Positions 1 to 11,042 of a stretch of 64,000 nt of DNA are shown here, one piece after another. Both the position numbers and the translations under genes were made by a program. Origin of the DNA: an uncultured Nitrososphaerota archaeon (lineage in GTDB: Archaea > Thermoproteota > EX4484-205 > JAAOZO01); assembly GCA_964408285.1 (NCBI GenBank), contig CAYOYV010000001.1, positions 64,001 to 128,000 on the forward strand. The letters are read 5' to 3'. The notes under the pieces were generated by a model. The model saw only the letters and a program-made list of their open reading frames with translations, had not been told where the DNA came from and made no database searches. The stretch's first letter is position 1, and each line of letters opens with the position of its first letter.

Positions 1-1
1 T

Positions 2-193
2 GGCCTCACCAAAAACACAGTAGGCGTCATCGAGGACAAACGACAGGGAGATTCGCCTCTTGTCCAATTTTCGAATTTCAGAGTCTACGAGGACAGGGAA
101 ACCGGCGAGTTCGTCCTCACCATGGCAAGGATTCAGGAAAGGGGAAACGAACTCACGTCTCCTGCCTATGAATACAGGATCCAGATCCTCTGA
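2..193 (+). CDS. 3' end of a gene running in from the left edge; unknown, possibly sialidase/BNR-like hydrolase C-terminus
   Basis: Frame open from nt 2 to TGA at 191-193: GLTKNTVGVIEDKRQGDSPLVQFSNFRVYEDRETGEFVLTMARIQERGNELTSPAYEYRIQIL; not in ORF track because the start is outside the window. Confidence 0.5.
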   Translation, partial: GLTKNTVGVIEDKRQGDSPLVQFSNFRVYEDRETGEFVLTMARIQERGNELTSPAYEYRIQIL

Positions 194-231
194 GGCTGCT
201 TCACGATTGGCAACGCGCATGTCTCGCAGAT

Positions 232-519
232 GTGAAATCAGAAAGGTGGGCGGGTTCGACAAGGACGAAATCGCGGAGGAAGACAGTCTCAAGGATGCAA
301 GTGGCTCGGGAATCACATATCCAGGCCTCTGGCGTCACGCTGTACGTTCGCGCGGCGGGCAATCCGAAATCGGGCAACTTGCTTGTCGCCATCAGCAGCG
401 GGCCGGATGTTTCCAGCAGCTATATGCTCCACCTGAAGCAGTTCGCATGTCCGCAGTTTCGGGCGCGCGGAGGGGACAGAAAGGAAGTCAATGCTCTCGA
501 ACTTCACGACTCATTCTGA
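232..519 (+). pseudogene. N-terminal fragment of an alpha/beta hydrolase (proline iminopeptidase-like)
   Basis: GVTLYVRAAG...LLVAISSGPDVSSSYM resembles the HGGPG start of this family but is degenerate, lacks the nucleophile elbow and runs into the convergent gene. Confidence 0.35.
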
Positions 520-1892
520 TTGGTGAATTCAAAGGCGAAAAGCCTGCTGTTTATGAGCCTGAACTGAACACGGATTTCTTTGTCACGAAGAGAGGATAGT
601 CTTCGTCTCGTTTGTTGCTTATCTCCCCAGACAGCTTCCAGACGAAGACCGTCGCTCGTTATGGGTCGAAACTCGTCAAATCCCAGACCAGGAATCACAG
701 TCGAGCTGTCGGCGTCAAGGATCTGGACGCTCAGGCTACCGCTCGCGGCATCAGTGTTCAAAGTGAGGCGATCGGCCGGCGGTACTACCCTGAGAGGTAT
801 TGTCAATAAGATGCCCACCTCCTCTCCTTCCGCGACCCAAGCAACGTAGCGGTCAAGGGGCATCTTGACTATCCCGATCTGCCGCTCGGAGAAGCGGTTC
901 TTCTTGTGTCCTTGTTTGTAGCCGCCGTAGTATAGATAGACCTCATCGCCAACGATCACCTGTTCGTCGATCCAGGAATGGGCGCGATCCCAGGTCCTGG
1001 GTTCTGTGTTTCGGTCAAAGAATATTTCTCTGTCGCGCGTCCAGTGAATGCCATCACGGGTCCACGCCAGCACTGTGTATCCTATCCCATAGGCATCTGG
1101 GTCTATCAGGGGGGGTTCATCCGCCTTGATGTCGTCGCGAAGGACCTTTACCATCCCAATCTTCAGTGGGCCCCGGGTGAGATAGGCGGACATGCCATAG
1201 AACTGCGTTTCACCCTCATCGGTCTTGTCCGGGCGCAGCACGAACCATGGCTCAGTCCAATCTATCAGATCATGGCTGAAGCTCTGCATCGTTATCCGCC
1301 GATAGCCAGTCCACTCTCTGTCGGTCATGTAGACGGAAATCGTCGCCACGTAGCAGTTGCGCAGCGGATCCCAGGAGATGTTATTGATGTCGTGGTTGTG
1401 CCGCAACACCACTCGATCTACCAGGGGTCTGAATTTCAGACCGTCGGACGAGACAGCTATTCGTAGGCCGCCGCCGTACCACCAGCCATACTTGTAGCGC
1501 CGGGTTTGGTCCGGATAAGCAGGGCCTTCATCAATGACCTCAGAGCCGAACTGGATAGGGCCTGGGTCTTTCAACACGCGATGGGGGCGGATCCAGTGGA
1601 GCCCGTCCTCGGACTCCATGTATCCAATGTGCGACCCAACTACATCGTCACGGTCACCCCAAACGCCATACCAAATGCGGAACCGCCCCGTTTCAGCATC
1701 GCGCAGGACGGTGAAGAAAGGTTGGTAACAATGATCCTCATTGCCCGTGATAAGGGGGTTGGGGATGCGCAGGTCACGTTTCGGTTGGACCACCTTCCTT
1801 CTGGCGCTCTGAACTGACTCCAAGAGGAAAGCATCGATTAGCGGCTGTGGGCCAGTGCAGACGTAAGCAGTCTTGCCCCTTGCAGGCGTCAT
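504..1892 (-). CDS. five-bladed beta-propeller glycoside hydrolase-like protein (GH32/GH43/GH130-type fold)
   Basis: 462 aa; repeated propeller motifs ESEDGLHW, SSDGLKF, SHDLIDW, TRDGIHW, YLYYGG; C-terminal beta-sandwich. Confidence 0.65.
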   Translation of the reverse strand: MTPARGKTAYVCTGPQPLIDAFLLESVQSARRKVVQPKRDLRIPNPLITGNEDHCYQPFFTVLRDAETGRFRIWYGVWGDRDDVVGSHIGYMESEDGLHWIRPHRVLKDPGPIQFGSEVIDEGPAYPDQTRRYKYGWWYGGGLRIAVSSDGLKFRPLVDRVVLRHNHDINNISWDPLRNCYVATISVYMTDREWTGYRRITMQSFSHDLIDWTEPWFVLRPDKTDEGETQFYGMSAYLTRGPLKIGMVKVLRDDIKADEPPLIDPDAYGIGYTVLAWTRDGIHWTRDREIFFDRNTEPRTWDRAHSWIDEQVIVGDEVYLYYGGYKQGHKKNRFSERQIGIVKMPLDRYVAWVAEGEEVGILLTIPLRVVPPADRLTLNTDAASGSLSVQILDADSSTVIPGLGFDEFRPITSDGLRLEAVWGDKQQTRRRLSSLRDKEIRVQFRLINSRLFAFEFTNQNES

Positions 1893-2289
1893 TTCGCTTA
1901 GACCAGCACTGTCACTAACCTCCGCAGTTATTATCCACTCTTAGTCGAGATCTCAAAGTCATCGCGCACGCTCACTTCGCCGTGCCGCTGGAGTATTTCA
2001 AATATTCGTTTAGAGAAGGAGAAGGCGTGCCGGAGGGAATCCCATCCGTTCAGTGTTTCTCTTTGCCTCTCTCCTCCGATTCCTTCAGCTCGCTGTCATA
2101 TTGTTCTCTTGATCCCATCTAGATATTCTCGCCTATTCTGTCCTTCTTCCCGCGGTCTCCGGCTTCACTAGATAGCCAACCCTTTTCGGATCTGGACAAT
2201 GACTCGCGAGCCCGACGCGTTGGGATATCCTAAGCTACGAGTGCGTTGCCTTTCGGATCAATCACATCTTATATAGCGAACCTATAGCA

Positions 2290-2631
2290 TTGACCCTGAT
2301 GGAGCACGTCGAGTACTCTGACTTCAAGAAACTGAGAATGCAGGTGGGCAGCATAATCTCCGCTGAGAGAATGGCCAGAACTGAGAGGCTGTTCAGAATC
2401 GTTGTAGACGTTGGTCAGAAAACGATCCAGATCATCTCAAGCCTAGTCGGATATTACACTGCTGAAGAACTCGTCGGCAAGCAGATAGTGGTCCTAACGA
2501 ACCTCAAACCAATGGAATTCTCAGGTTCCATATCAGAAGGCATGCTATTATGTGCGGAGGATGATAAGGGGGGAATATGCGTGTTGTTGGCACCAGAGAG
2601 AAACGTGCCTGAGGGCACGATGATAACATGA
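2290..2631 (+). CDS. tRNA-binding OB-fold protein (Trbp111/CsaA/MetRS C-terminal domain family)
   Basis: DFKKLRMQVG, VDVG, ELVGKQIVVLTNLKP, SEGMLL motifs; ATG at 2299 is a likely start. Confidence 0.9.
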   Translation: MTLMEHVEYSDFKKLRMQVGSIISAERMARTERLFRIVVDVGQKTIQIISSLVGYYTAEELVGKQIVVLTNLKPMEFSGSISEGMLLCAEDDKGGICVLLAPERNVPEGTMIT

Positions 2632-2845
2632 ACATTGGCATGCTGGTGATGCGTGAACGACTACAAGACAACACAACACTCGAAGACTGACTACCGTTGT
2701 GAAGCGACTGGCCGTGGATGTGAAGAAGCCTCTTCTGCCGATGATCCAAAAAGTCGTTGAAATCCATTCATCTCATCAACGCGAATGGCCTCCGTTTGGC
2801 AGAAAACGGTTAAGTATTCCGGATCCGGATTCCTGAGAATTCCAA

Positions 2846-4471
2846 ATGAGCCTAGGAACAAAGCGGATTGAACGGAATCGGATAAGGGAATGGTCATTGT
2901 TGTCTTCCAAGAAGTATATAGACCCTTTCAACGAGATCGAGGTTTCGGCCGTATTCACCGATCCAGACGGCGAAGTGAAGATGATTCCTGCCTTCTGGAA
3001 GGGCGCAGGTTCCTGGGGCTTAAGGTATTCCTCTCCCAAAATTGGCGTCCACACGTTCCACACGGTTTGTTCGGATGAGTCAAATCAAGGCCTTCACGGT
3101 CTGCGTGGGAAGGCAGAGGTGATAGGGCACAGGGGGAAGAATCCCTTATTCAAACATGGACCTCTCAGGGTCAGCAAAGACGGAAAGTATCTCGAACATC
3201 TAGATGGGACACCATTCTTCTGGTTGGGGGACACATGGTGGATGGGGTTTGCGAAACGTTTCCGATGGCCAGATGACTTCAAGCTCCTGACGAAGGACAG
3301 GGTCAAGAAGGGATTCAGCATCATCCAGATCGTGGCTGGCCTCTATCCTGACATGCCTCCGTTTGATCCTAGGGGCGAGAACGAGGGTGGCTTCCCTTGG
3401 GACAAAGGCTATTCTCGGATAAATCAGAGATATTTCGATTTCGCCGATAGAAGGGTCGACTGGTTGGTGGAAAACGGTCTAGTCCCCTGCATTGTCGGCG
3501 CATGGGGATATTTCATGAAGTTCGCTGGGGAAGGAGTCATGAGAAGGCACTGGAGAAATCTCATAGCTCGGTACTTCGCGTACCCCGTTGTTTGGTGCAT
3601 AGCGGGTGAGGTAACAATGCCGTATTATCTCTGGGATGAAGCGAGCGATCTGGAGAAGCGTCGGCATTATTCTTCGGAAGTCAGAGCCGCTTGGACTCGA
3701 GTGACAAACTATGTGCGCCTGATCGATCCAAACAGAAACCCGATAACAATCCATCCAAGCGGCAGCCACTTCGGTCGTGACAACGTAGACGATCCTTCCG
3801 TCCTCGACATAGATATGCTTCACACCAGCCATAGCGACATTCAAGGCCTGCCTGTTACTGTTGATAGCGTCACAACAGCAGTAGCGAGATCACCACGTAT
3901 ACCTGTCGTAGTTGGTGAAGTGACATATGAGGGAATAATGGGTGCTAGTTGGGAGAACATCCAGAGACTGATGTTCTGGGTATGTATGTTGAGTGGGACA
4001 GCCGGCCACACGTACGGGGCAAATGGAATCTGGCAGGTGAATACAAGAAGGAAGCCATTCGGTCCTTCTCCACACGGCCGGTCTTGGGTAGATACTCCAT
4101 GGGAAGATGCATACAGACTGACGGGATCAACACAAGTCGGACTTGGGAAGAAGCTGTTGCAAAGATATCAGTGGTGGAGATTCGAGCCTCACCCAGAATG
4201 GGTGGAACCTCATTGGAGCACGCAGAATTATCAAGCCCCCTATGCTGCTGGCATTTCGGAGCAAGTCCGCGTCTTCTATATGCCGTCTCCATGGCAGACC
4301 ATAAAGGTCAAGGAAATGGAAAACGCCATTGAATACCGCGCGTTCTACTACGACCCCCGGACTGGGCACGAATACAAGGCAAGTATTGCGTCTGGCGATG
4401 CGAATCATGAATGGAGGCCACCTATCGGTCCAATGCTGCAAGACCTAGTCCTTGTTCTAGAAAGGAGTTGA
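2846..4471 (+). CDS. DUF5060-DUF4038 glycoside hydrolase (apiosidase/GH140-like)
   Basis: N-terminal DPF..VSAVFT.P.G..PAFW; DGTPFFWLGDTWW; W.IAGE; TIHP; GHTYGANGIWQ. Confidence 0.8.
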   Translation: MSLGTKRIERNRIREWSLLSSKKYIDPFNEIEVSAVFTDPDGEVKMIPAFWKGAGSWGLRYSSPKIGVHTFHTVCSDESNQGLHGLRGKAEVIGHRGKNPLFKHGPLRVSKDGKYLEHLDGTPFFWLGDTWWMGFAKRFRWPDDFKLLTKDRVKKGFSIIQIVAGLYPDMPPFDPRGENEGGFPWDKGYSRINQRYFDFADRRVDWLVENGLVPCIVGAWGYFMKFAGEGVMRRHWRNLIARYFAYPVVWCIAGEVTMPYYLWDEASDLEKRRHYSSEVRAAWTRVTNYVRLIDPNRNPITIHPSGSHFGRDNVDDPSVLDIDMLHTSHSDIQGLPVTVDSVTTAVARSPRIPVVVGEVTYEGIMGASWENIQRLMFWVCMLSGTAGHTYGANGIWQVNTRRKPFGPSPHGRSWVDTPWEDAYRLTGSTQVGLGKKLLQRYQWWRFEPHPEWVEPHWSTQNYQAPYAAGISEQVRVFYMPSPWQTIKVKEMENAIEYRAFYYDPRTGHEYKASIASGDANHEWRPPIGPMLQDLVLVLERS

Positions 4472-4634
4472 GAATTTCCCGGGACTCCGGACTCCTACAG
4501 CCAAGAACGAACCACGAACAGCATCTTCTAGAATTGAGAAGGTTGCGCATCGAGCTTCATGAAGCTGACAGTGGCTGTTAGGAGGTCATAACTTATTGCT
4601 CAAGCATAAATAATGAACGGTATGCAACTCCATC

Positions 4635-5705
4635 ATGGAGATACGTGAAAGAGTGCAATGCGTCCTGCGGGGAGAAATGCCAGATAGAATCCCGTGGCTG
4701 ATATACTCCGGGATTCTTCCAACTGGAAGCTTTGAGCGAGAGATGAGGGACATGGGGCTTGGACTCGTTGTTTGGGCCAATATATACAAAGCCTTCATGC
4801 CGAACGTTAGGATTGAGAACAGGACTGTCGGGGACTATCTATTCACGACCTATCGTACGCCAGTCGGTGAGCTCAGATCGAAGACAAGGATTGGAATGAG
4901 GTTCCAACGTCCAGGCGGCTCATGGACAATCGAGCATCCAGTGAAGAACACCAAAGACCTTGAGGCCCTTAGCTTCATGATCGAGGACACGGTCTATGAG
5001 CCAGATTACGAAAGCTATGATCAGATCACGGAGGACATCGGATCTGATGGCGTCGTCACAGTGTGGTCTGACTACACGCCCCTTATGAAAATCATCGTAA
5101 GGTACATGGGATATAGAACGTTCGCGATCATGTGCCACAGAAACAGGGATATGGTTGAGCGTCTGATTGAGAAGATAGATAAAAGTTATCAAAAAATGTT
5201 CAGAATAGTAGCCGAGTCTCCAGCTGAAATAGTGAGGCTAGGTGACAACATAGACTCAGTGCTCGTTTCTCCCGACCTCTTCGAGAGATATTGCCTTCCA
5301 TACTATAATTCGTATTCCGCAATTCTGAAGGCAAGAGGAAAAATCGTGATATCTCATATGGACGGTAGACTCAATGTGCTCAAGGACCTGATAGCGAGAG
5401 CAAGGCTCGATGTGATAGAGGCCTTCACCCCCCCGCCGATGGGTGATCTCCGGCCCAGTGTAGCCAAAAGAATCTGGAAGGACAAGGTCATCTGGATGAA
5501 TCTACCAGAGGAAGTCTTCTTCAGAAATTCGCAGGAGATAATGCAATACGTCTTGGAGTTGCTTGGGGAGATTGCTCCGGGAAAAGGATACATCCTTGGC
5601 ATAACGGAGGACAGCCATCCAGATCACTTCAAAAAAGGAATCAAGATTGTTACAGAAACAGTCAATGAGAAAGGAAATCTTCCAATAAGTACGCCTTTGG
5701 CTTGA
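4635..5705 (+). CDS. URO-D/MtaA-CmuA TIM-barrel family protein
   Basis: N-terminal RERV...PDRIP; TPVGEL; DNID...VSPDLFERYCLPYY; HMDG; IEAFTPPPMGD. Confidence 0.75.
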   Translation: MEIRERVQCVLRGEMPDRIPWLIYSGILPTGSFEREMRDMGLGLVVWANIYKAFMPNVRIENRTVGDYLFTTYRTPVGELRSKTRIGMRFQRPGGSWTIEHPVKNTKDLEALSFMIEDTVYEPDYESYDQITEDIGSDGVVTVWSDYTPLMKIIVRYMGYRTFAIMCHRNRDMVERLIEKIDKSYQKMFRIVAESPAEIVRLGDNIDSVLVSPDLFERYCLPYYNSYSAILKARGKIVISHMDGRLNVLKDLIARARLDVIEAFTPPPMGDLRPSVAKRIWKDKVIWMNLPEEVFFRNSQEIMQYVLELLGEIAPGKGYILGITEDSHPDHFKKGIKIVTETVNEKGNLPISTPLA

Positions 5706-5781
5706 TGCAAGGAAACGAGGCCATTATGGTTCGAAAGTCACTTGGTCTATGTCAATCCGGATGCTTTGGTTCATTTCTATT

Positions 5782-6777
5782 CTAGAATCTTGTTGGCTCC
5801 CCCGTCATCGCTGAGGCCTTGATGCTCTCTATTATTCTCATGGCCCAGAGTGCATCTTCAGCATCCGGCTTTGGCTTGCTGCCAGAGGTCACGCACTTGA
5901 CGAAATGATCTACCTCCCGTTCATATCCTCTATTGCTATATAGGGTCGCCCAGGACAGATTCTGCTCCCAGCCAATTGAATCATGCTCCAAATCTAGGTC
6001 TGGTTCATCCATCATTCCCCTGATGGGCACGTTTCTATACCAAGAGAATCTACCGTTGTCATTGACTGCTAGATGTTGGTCTCCGACAATGGCGACTCTT
6101 TCATTTGGGCTTCCCCAAGACTCAAGGCAGTTCAATGTTATGATCCCCGTCCCACCGGTCTCAAATTCCACAAGGATCTGATAACCGAATCCAGTCTTTC
6201 CCTTGGAGTTCTTGGCGATTAGGGACTTTGGATTTCCCATAAAGAACCTCATCAAATCTGCGTGATGGACTGCATGATGCAACAGGAACGACTCCTCGTT
6301 CGCATAAGGTTGAGCGGTATATCTTGCCTCATACTGGATTACGGATCCGAATTCTTGCCGTTGAGTTGTATTCTTCAGAAGCATGTTGGCCGTAGCGAAT
6401 CTCTTCATGAAGCCAACCATGTACGAAGTCCCAATTTCCCTACTAGTCCTAAGCAACTCTTCGCTCTGTTCGCTCGTCATCGAAGGAGGTTTCTCCGTGA
6501 ATACATGAAGTTCGTAATCCTGCATGGCGATTTTGCCGATTTCATAGTGCTGACTCGGTCCAATGACCACGAAAAGGGCTTCCAGGTCTTCATTTTCCAG
6601 CATCTTCCGATAATCCGTGTACCATTTTGGAGCACCAAAGTTTCTAGCGTTTCGTCTTGCAAGATCCTCTTTCAGATCACACACTGAAACCAGATCGACA
6701 TCTGTCATCCGGAATGCCGGATATATATTCAGACTCGCATGTTTTCCGCACCCAACAAATCCCGTTTTCAGCATCAT
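5782..6777 (-). CDS. Gfo/Idh/MocA family oxidoreductase
   Basis: GFVGCG Rossmann motif, HVFTEKP, GFMKRF, HHADL. Confidence 0.9.
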   Translation of the reverse strand: MMLKTGFVGCGKHASLNIYPAFRMTDVDLVSVCDLKEDLARRNARNFGAPKWYTDYRKMLENEDLEALFVVIGPSQHYEIGKIAMQDYELHVFTEKPPSMTSEQSEELLRTSREIGTSYMVGFMKRFATANMLLKNTTQRQEFGSVIQYEARYTAQPYANEESFLLHHAVHHADLMRFFMGNPKSLIAKNSKGKTGFGYQILVEFETGGTGIITLNCLESWGSPNERVAIVGDQHLAVNDNGRFSWYRNVPIRGMMDEPDLDLEHDSIGWEQNLSWATLYSNRGYEREVDHFVKCVTSGSKPKPDAEDALWAMRIIESIKASAMTGEPTRF

Positions 6778-6924
6778 TCGTCGTCAGGGGCCGTTGCACA
6801 TTAAAGCGTTTCTGTTCGTCTGTGGGGATTCGGTCGGGGGAGCATCAAGTATGGCGAGAATGATTTTTCTCTTACTGCGGAAATCCATATAAGTGGAAAA
6901 GGGCAGTGACCGAGTGCACATGCA

Positions 6925-7710
6925 ATGATTCCCCTTTCGTGCTCGACCTGCTGTTTCAGAGGCAGAGGGAAGGACGAGATTGAGGAAACGCTTCTATACG
7001 CACCAAAGGCCGGCTATCGATGCATTGCGCTTGGAGGACCTTTCACTTGGGAGCCTGGCCTAATCCAGTGGCTCGACAAGGATCTACTCAGACGAACGTT
7101 ATCAAGAAACCATGTGAAGCTTAGCGAGGTGTGGACACCTCCTATTCCTACAGAAAGCCCTGAGAAGGCCGAAGTCGGTGCGGAACAGATTGCTATTTCT
7201 GGTGAATTCGCGACACGGTTCGGATGCAGTATGCTTGTTCAGACCGGGGGAACCAGAACAGAAGGAGGAATCGAGAACACAATCTACGGATTGAAGTCAC
7301 TCATGGAGAAGATTGAGCACAAGCCGCTCAAAGTATGTCTTGAGCCTCATGTCAAGTCACAGATACTAGAGATAGAGGATTATGACCGGATCTTTGAGGA
7401 GATCAAAAGTGACAAACTAGGCATAACTGTAGACACTGGACACTTCCATACCGCGGGGATTGATTTCATATCATTGATTCGGAAATATCCGCATCTGATC
7501 TGGAACATCCACCTGAAGGATCATATTGGAGCACAATCAGTTCCAATAGGCAGCGGAGAGATCGACGTAGAAGGTTTGATTCGTGACCTACGGAGGATTG
7601 GCTACAAAGGCCTCTTTGTGATCGAGCTTGAAGTAATGGATCCAGAGAATGCGCCCACGTATGTGAATGAGGCATTCAGATACATGAGTCGAATTCTTGG
7701 AGATAGGTGA
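6925..7710 (+). CDS. sugar phosphate isomerase/epimerase (xylose isomerase-like TIM barrel)
   Basis: LEPH, DTGH, IHLKD, G.GEID, IELE metal-binding pattern. Confidence 0.85.
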   Translation: MIPLSCSTCCFRGRGKDEIEETLLYAPKAGYRCIALGGPFTWEPGLIQWLDKDLLRRTLSRNHVKLSEVWTPPIPTESPEKAEVGAEQIAISGEFATRFGCSMLVQTGGTRTEGGIENTIYGLKSLMEKIEHKPLKVCLEPHVKSQILEIEDYDRIFEEIKSDKLGITVDTGHFHTAGIDFISLIRKYPHLIWNIHLKDHIGAQSVPIGSGEIDVEGLIRDLRRIGYKGLFVIELEVMDPENAPTYVNEAFRYMSRILGDR

Positions 7711-7717
7711 ATTCAGA

Positions 7718-8530
7718 ATGCGAGCGAGACTGGGTTGCCAAACTTACACATGGGAAATGCTGGGCAACAAGTGGACAAGAGGCATCGATGACATCCTAAA
7801 CACGATTTCAGACCTTGGATTTGAGGGGATAGAGGTCTCAGTGAACATGATAGGGGCATATTACCATTCACCAATGGCCTTTCAGGATGCACTATCCCGA
7901 AGGTCTTTGGACCTTTCCGCCTTCGCCCTGAGCAGCCCATATGGATTCAGTGACCCCAAGTTCCGTGAGTTCGAACTGAAAGAGGTGCGAGCTGCTCTGC
8001 AATTTCTTACCTTTTTCCCCGGAGCGATTCTGTCACTAGGCGGTGCCACCTCAAACGAGCAAGATAGGACAAACAGATTGAGGTACGCATGCGATTTCTA
8101 TAACGCTTGTGCGAGACTCGGTTACGAAATGGGAATTGTGGTCGCAGTTCATCCGCATTCGCATCAAGGATCTCTCATAGAGACAGAAGAAGAATACGAG
8201 AATCTCATGAAGTGGACCGATTCAGACTGCCTCAAATGGAATCCTGATACGGGGCACATATCGCGTGGAGGACAGGATCTAGTTGATTGTCTCGGGAGAT
8301 ACAAGTCCCGCATTGCGCACATTCATGCGAAGGATGCTGACAGCCAAGGAAAATGGAGGCCATTAGGAAAAGGCGAGTGTGAATTGAGGGGCATGTTACA
8401 GGTCTTGAAGAATATCGGCTATTCTTCTTGGATCGTCATCGAAGACGAATCGCCTGAAGCAGGCCAAGACCCCAAACGAATCCTGGGGGAAGACCTGAGG
8501 GTGATGAGAGGGCTCGTTGAAATGGCATAG
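7718..8530 (+). CDS. sugar phosphate isomerase/epimerase (IolE-like TIM barrel)
   Basis: GFEGIE, HPH, PDTGH, HIHAKD, LGKG, IEDE; start taken at ATG 7718 after the upstream stop. Confidence 0.85.
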   Translation: MRARLGCQTYTWEMLGNKWTRGIDDILNTISDLGFEGIEVSVNMIGAYYHSPMAFQDALSRRSLDLSAFALSSPYGFSDPKFREFELKEVRAALQFLTFFPGAILSLGGATSNEQDRTNRLRYACDFYNACARLGYEMGIVVAVHPHSHQGSLIETEEEYENLMKWTDSDCLKWNPDTGHISRGGQDLVDCLGRYKSRIAHIHAKDADSQGKWRPLGKGECELRGMLQVLKNIGYSSWIVIEDESPEAGQDPKRILGEDLRVMRGLVEMA

Positions 8531-8614
8531 ATATTCATCAAAAGTGCGCACTTGGGCTTGGCCCAGCAACCGTTTGATGCAATAGAAGTGAAAGGACTCA
8601 ATCTCGGCATGCCC

Positions 8615-9660
8615 TCACTTCACGGGATGGATGCCACCGAGTTCTGTGATTACGGTTGGGTGGAGGTTCTTGTCGATAGAATACGATCTCTTGGCTTGAC
8701 GAAAATCGTTCTGGACAAGCACAATATCCCTCGTCCTATTCCCTTTGAGATGAAGAAACGTTCCGGTTCCCATCGAAGCTGCGCAGTTGCGGACCGTGGC
8801 GTTCTCAACCTGATCGAATACGATTGCTGGGTTTTTCCCGTCCGCCTTGACCTGCCGCGCGCGCTATTCCCCTGTCTGCCCCGGTCACCACACAATTGTC
8901 AATGGTCACGTTGCGGATGCAATTCATGTTTCGGTCAGAGAACTTTATGGCACTCGACGCCGAAGTGAGCCGGCAATTCGTGACGGTTATATTCTCACAT
9001 TGGAGCGCCGGACCGTACCAGTCCATGGAATAGAAGACGAGAGCGTCATCACCAGTCTCGATGGTGCAATTCGAAATCCTGAGATCCTTGCATCCATCAG
9101 GATCGATTCCATCGGCCCAGACCGCGTCCTTTACGCTCGTGTGGATGTAAACTCCATCGATGACTGTGCGCTGACAACCATATAGGTGCATTGTCCAAGA
9201 GGGCGAATCGAGTAAGGATAAGCCAGAGATTCTGACATCGTTCCAACGTGGCAGGAGGATGAGCTTGCCATATTGATCCGTTTTCGGGAATGAACGTCCG
9301 ATGGACTTACCTAGGGCTATCATGATCTCCCTATTCGGACGAATGAAATCATCCTCATGGTCATCGAGGCGCCATTCGTATTGCGCTTGACCATCAATCG
9401 TACCGCGACCCTCGATCGATATATTCTCAAGGCCATCCCCGAAGATCAGTGCATCTTGGTCAAATGCCTACCGCTTTTTTGCAGAATAGATGGTTGCCCC
9501 TGGCTCAATGTAGAGAGTCACGTGACTACGCAGATGAATCGTGCCGGTCGTGTATTGACCCGGTCGGAAGCGCACGACACCTCCCCCAGACTGAACGCAG
9601 GCTTCGAAGTTCTTCCGGAGATGTGGTTGGGCCGTTTCTTGCCTTCAGATAGCTCTCCCA
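8615..9660 (-). pseudogene. disrupted GH28/pectin-lyase-fold glycoside hydrolase
   Basis: ACVQSGGGVVRFRPGQYTTGTIHLRSHVTLYIEPGATI, then in-frame TAG at 9468-9470, then ENISIEGRGTIDG...ADGIDPDGC...GDDAL; after GADRGIA the middle is missing and the C-terminus (PAIVFDQVENATVRNC...HPVK stop 8615) is in another frame; the 5' end is also broken. Confidence 0.8.
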
Positions 9661-9781
9661 TTTCTTGTCGATATGAACGATTTGGAGAGTTGAAAGGTAT
9701 ATCCTTTCTTGATCTGAGTCAAGCGCCCGGCGCGCGATTTGAATTGTGTGGACTATTTCAGAAATTGATTCCCACGTCCTC

Positions 9782-10912
9782 TCATGGTCTGAAAAGCAGG
9801 TCGTGAACGCGGGGCATATACTCCTTCACCGGTATATGCTGAGGACACTTCTCCTCGCAACTTCCGCATGCTGCGCAGGCGCTTGCCCTTTGCTCTTTGG
9901 GCATCCATCTGCTATAGCTCTCTCTACTGACATCCGGCTTGTTATAGGCTATTGCGATGTTATAGAGTTCCAGATTCCGAGGTATATTGACTCCGTTCGG
10001 ACATGGCATGCAGTAACCACACTTAGTGCACTCTATCGGCCAGATTTCTCTGTATTTCTCGTGCACTTTGGCCACAAGACCGAGATCATCCTCTGACAGG
10101 GTACCAACGCCTGATTTCGATGCGCTTTCAATATTCTGTTCGACCTGTTCCATTGTGCTCATTCCGCTAAGTACGACAGAAACCTCCGGCTTGTTCCAGA
10201 GCCATTGAAGTGCCATGTTCACCGGATTCTTGCCTGCCCGATTCCATATTTCCTTCACGGGATCCGGCGGGTTCGTTAGCATCCCTCCGAGAAGGGGCTC
10301 CATGATCACAACCGCAAGTCCCTTCGCTGCCGCGTACTCGAGTCCCTTTGTGCCAGCTTGGACATCCTCGTTTTCGTAGTTGTACTGTATCTGGCAAAAC
10401 GTCCAGTCATGAGAATCTACGATTTTCTTGAACGCTTCGAATCGATCATGGAAGCTGAAGCCAACTCGTCGTAGCTTCCCTTCGGACATCTTCCGATCAA
10501 TCCAATCGAAGACATTTAGCTCCGATAGGCTAACCCATCTCTGTTCGTTGAGATCATGAAGAAGGTAGAAGTCCAGATAGTCAGTTCTCAGCCTTAAGAG
10601 TTGTTCTGCTAGGATTCTGTCCATATCGGCGCGTGATTTTACGACCCAGCTGGGGAGCTTGGTTGCCAATCTTGTCCTCGCCCGATATCCGTCCATCAGG
10701 GCCTTGCCGAGTATGATCTCCGAATTCCCTCCGTGATAGGTGTGGGCAGTGTCGATGTAGTTGACCCCGTGGTCGATGGCATACCTTATCATCTTGATTG
10801 CCTCGGGTTCGTTCACTTTGTTCCAATCATCTGCTATTCTAGGAAGACGCATGCATCCAAAACCCAGAGCAGAGACCTCCCAGTCTAGCTGTCCGAATTT
10901 TCGGTATTTCAT
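9782..10912 (-). CDS. aldo/keto reductase with C-terminal 4Fe-4S dicluster domain
   Basis: LGFGCMRLP, IDTA..YH, LATKLP, MEPL.GG; CTKCGYCMPCP and CAACGSCEEKCPQ. Confidence 0.92.
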   Translation of the reverse strand: MKYRKFGQLDWEVSALGFGCMRLPRIADDWNKVNEPEAIKMIRYAIDHGVNYIDTAHTYHGGNSEIILGKALMDGYRARTRLATKLPSWVVKSRADMDRILAEQLLRLRTDYLDFYLLHDLNEQRWVSLSELNVFDWIDRKMSEGKLRRVGFSFHDRFEAFKKIVDSHDWTFCQIQYNYENEDVQAGTKGLEYAAAKGLAVVIMEPLLGGMLTNPPDPVKEIWNRAGKNPVNMALQWLWNKPEVSVVLSGMSTMEQVEQNIESASKSGVGTLSEDDLGLVAKVHEKYREIWPIECTKCGYCMPCPNGVNIPRNLELYNIAIAYNKPDVSRESYSRWMPKEQRASACAACGSCEEKCPQHIPVKEYMPRVHDLLFRP

Positions 10913-11042
10913 ACTGCCTTCCGAGTGAATCCGGATGCTCCTTTATAAATAGAGCCCACTCTCGTCTTCGGGTCGAATCAGGTTTCTCGCTTCTCGAACT
11001 CGATGAGGAGGACTTAAAAGCAAACGGTGCCTGAATGAGGAA

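Noticed and set aside
9468-9470. In-frame TAG as possible pyrrolysine or readthrough codon
   Set aside because: The same gene has other independent lesions, TAG is used as a normal stop throughout the window, and no pyl genes are seen
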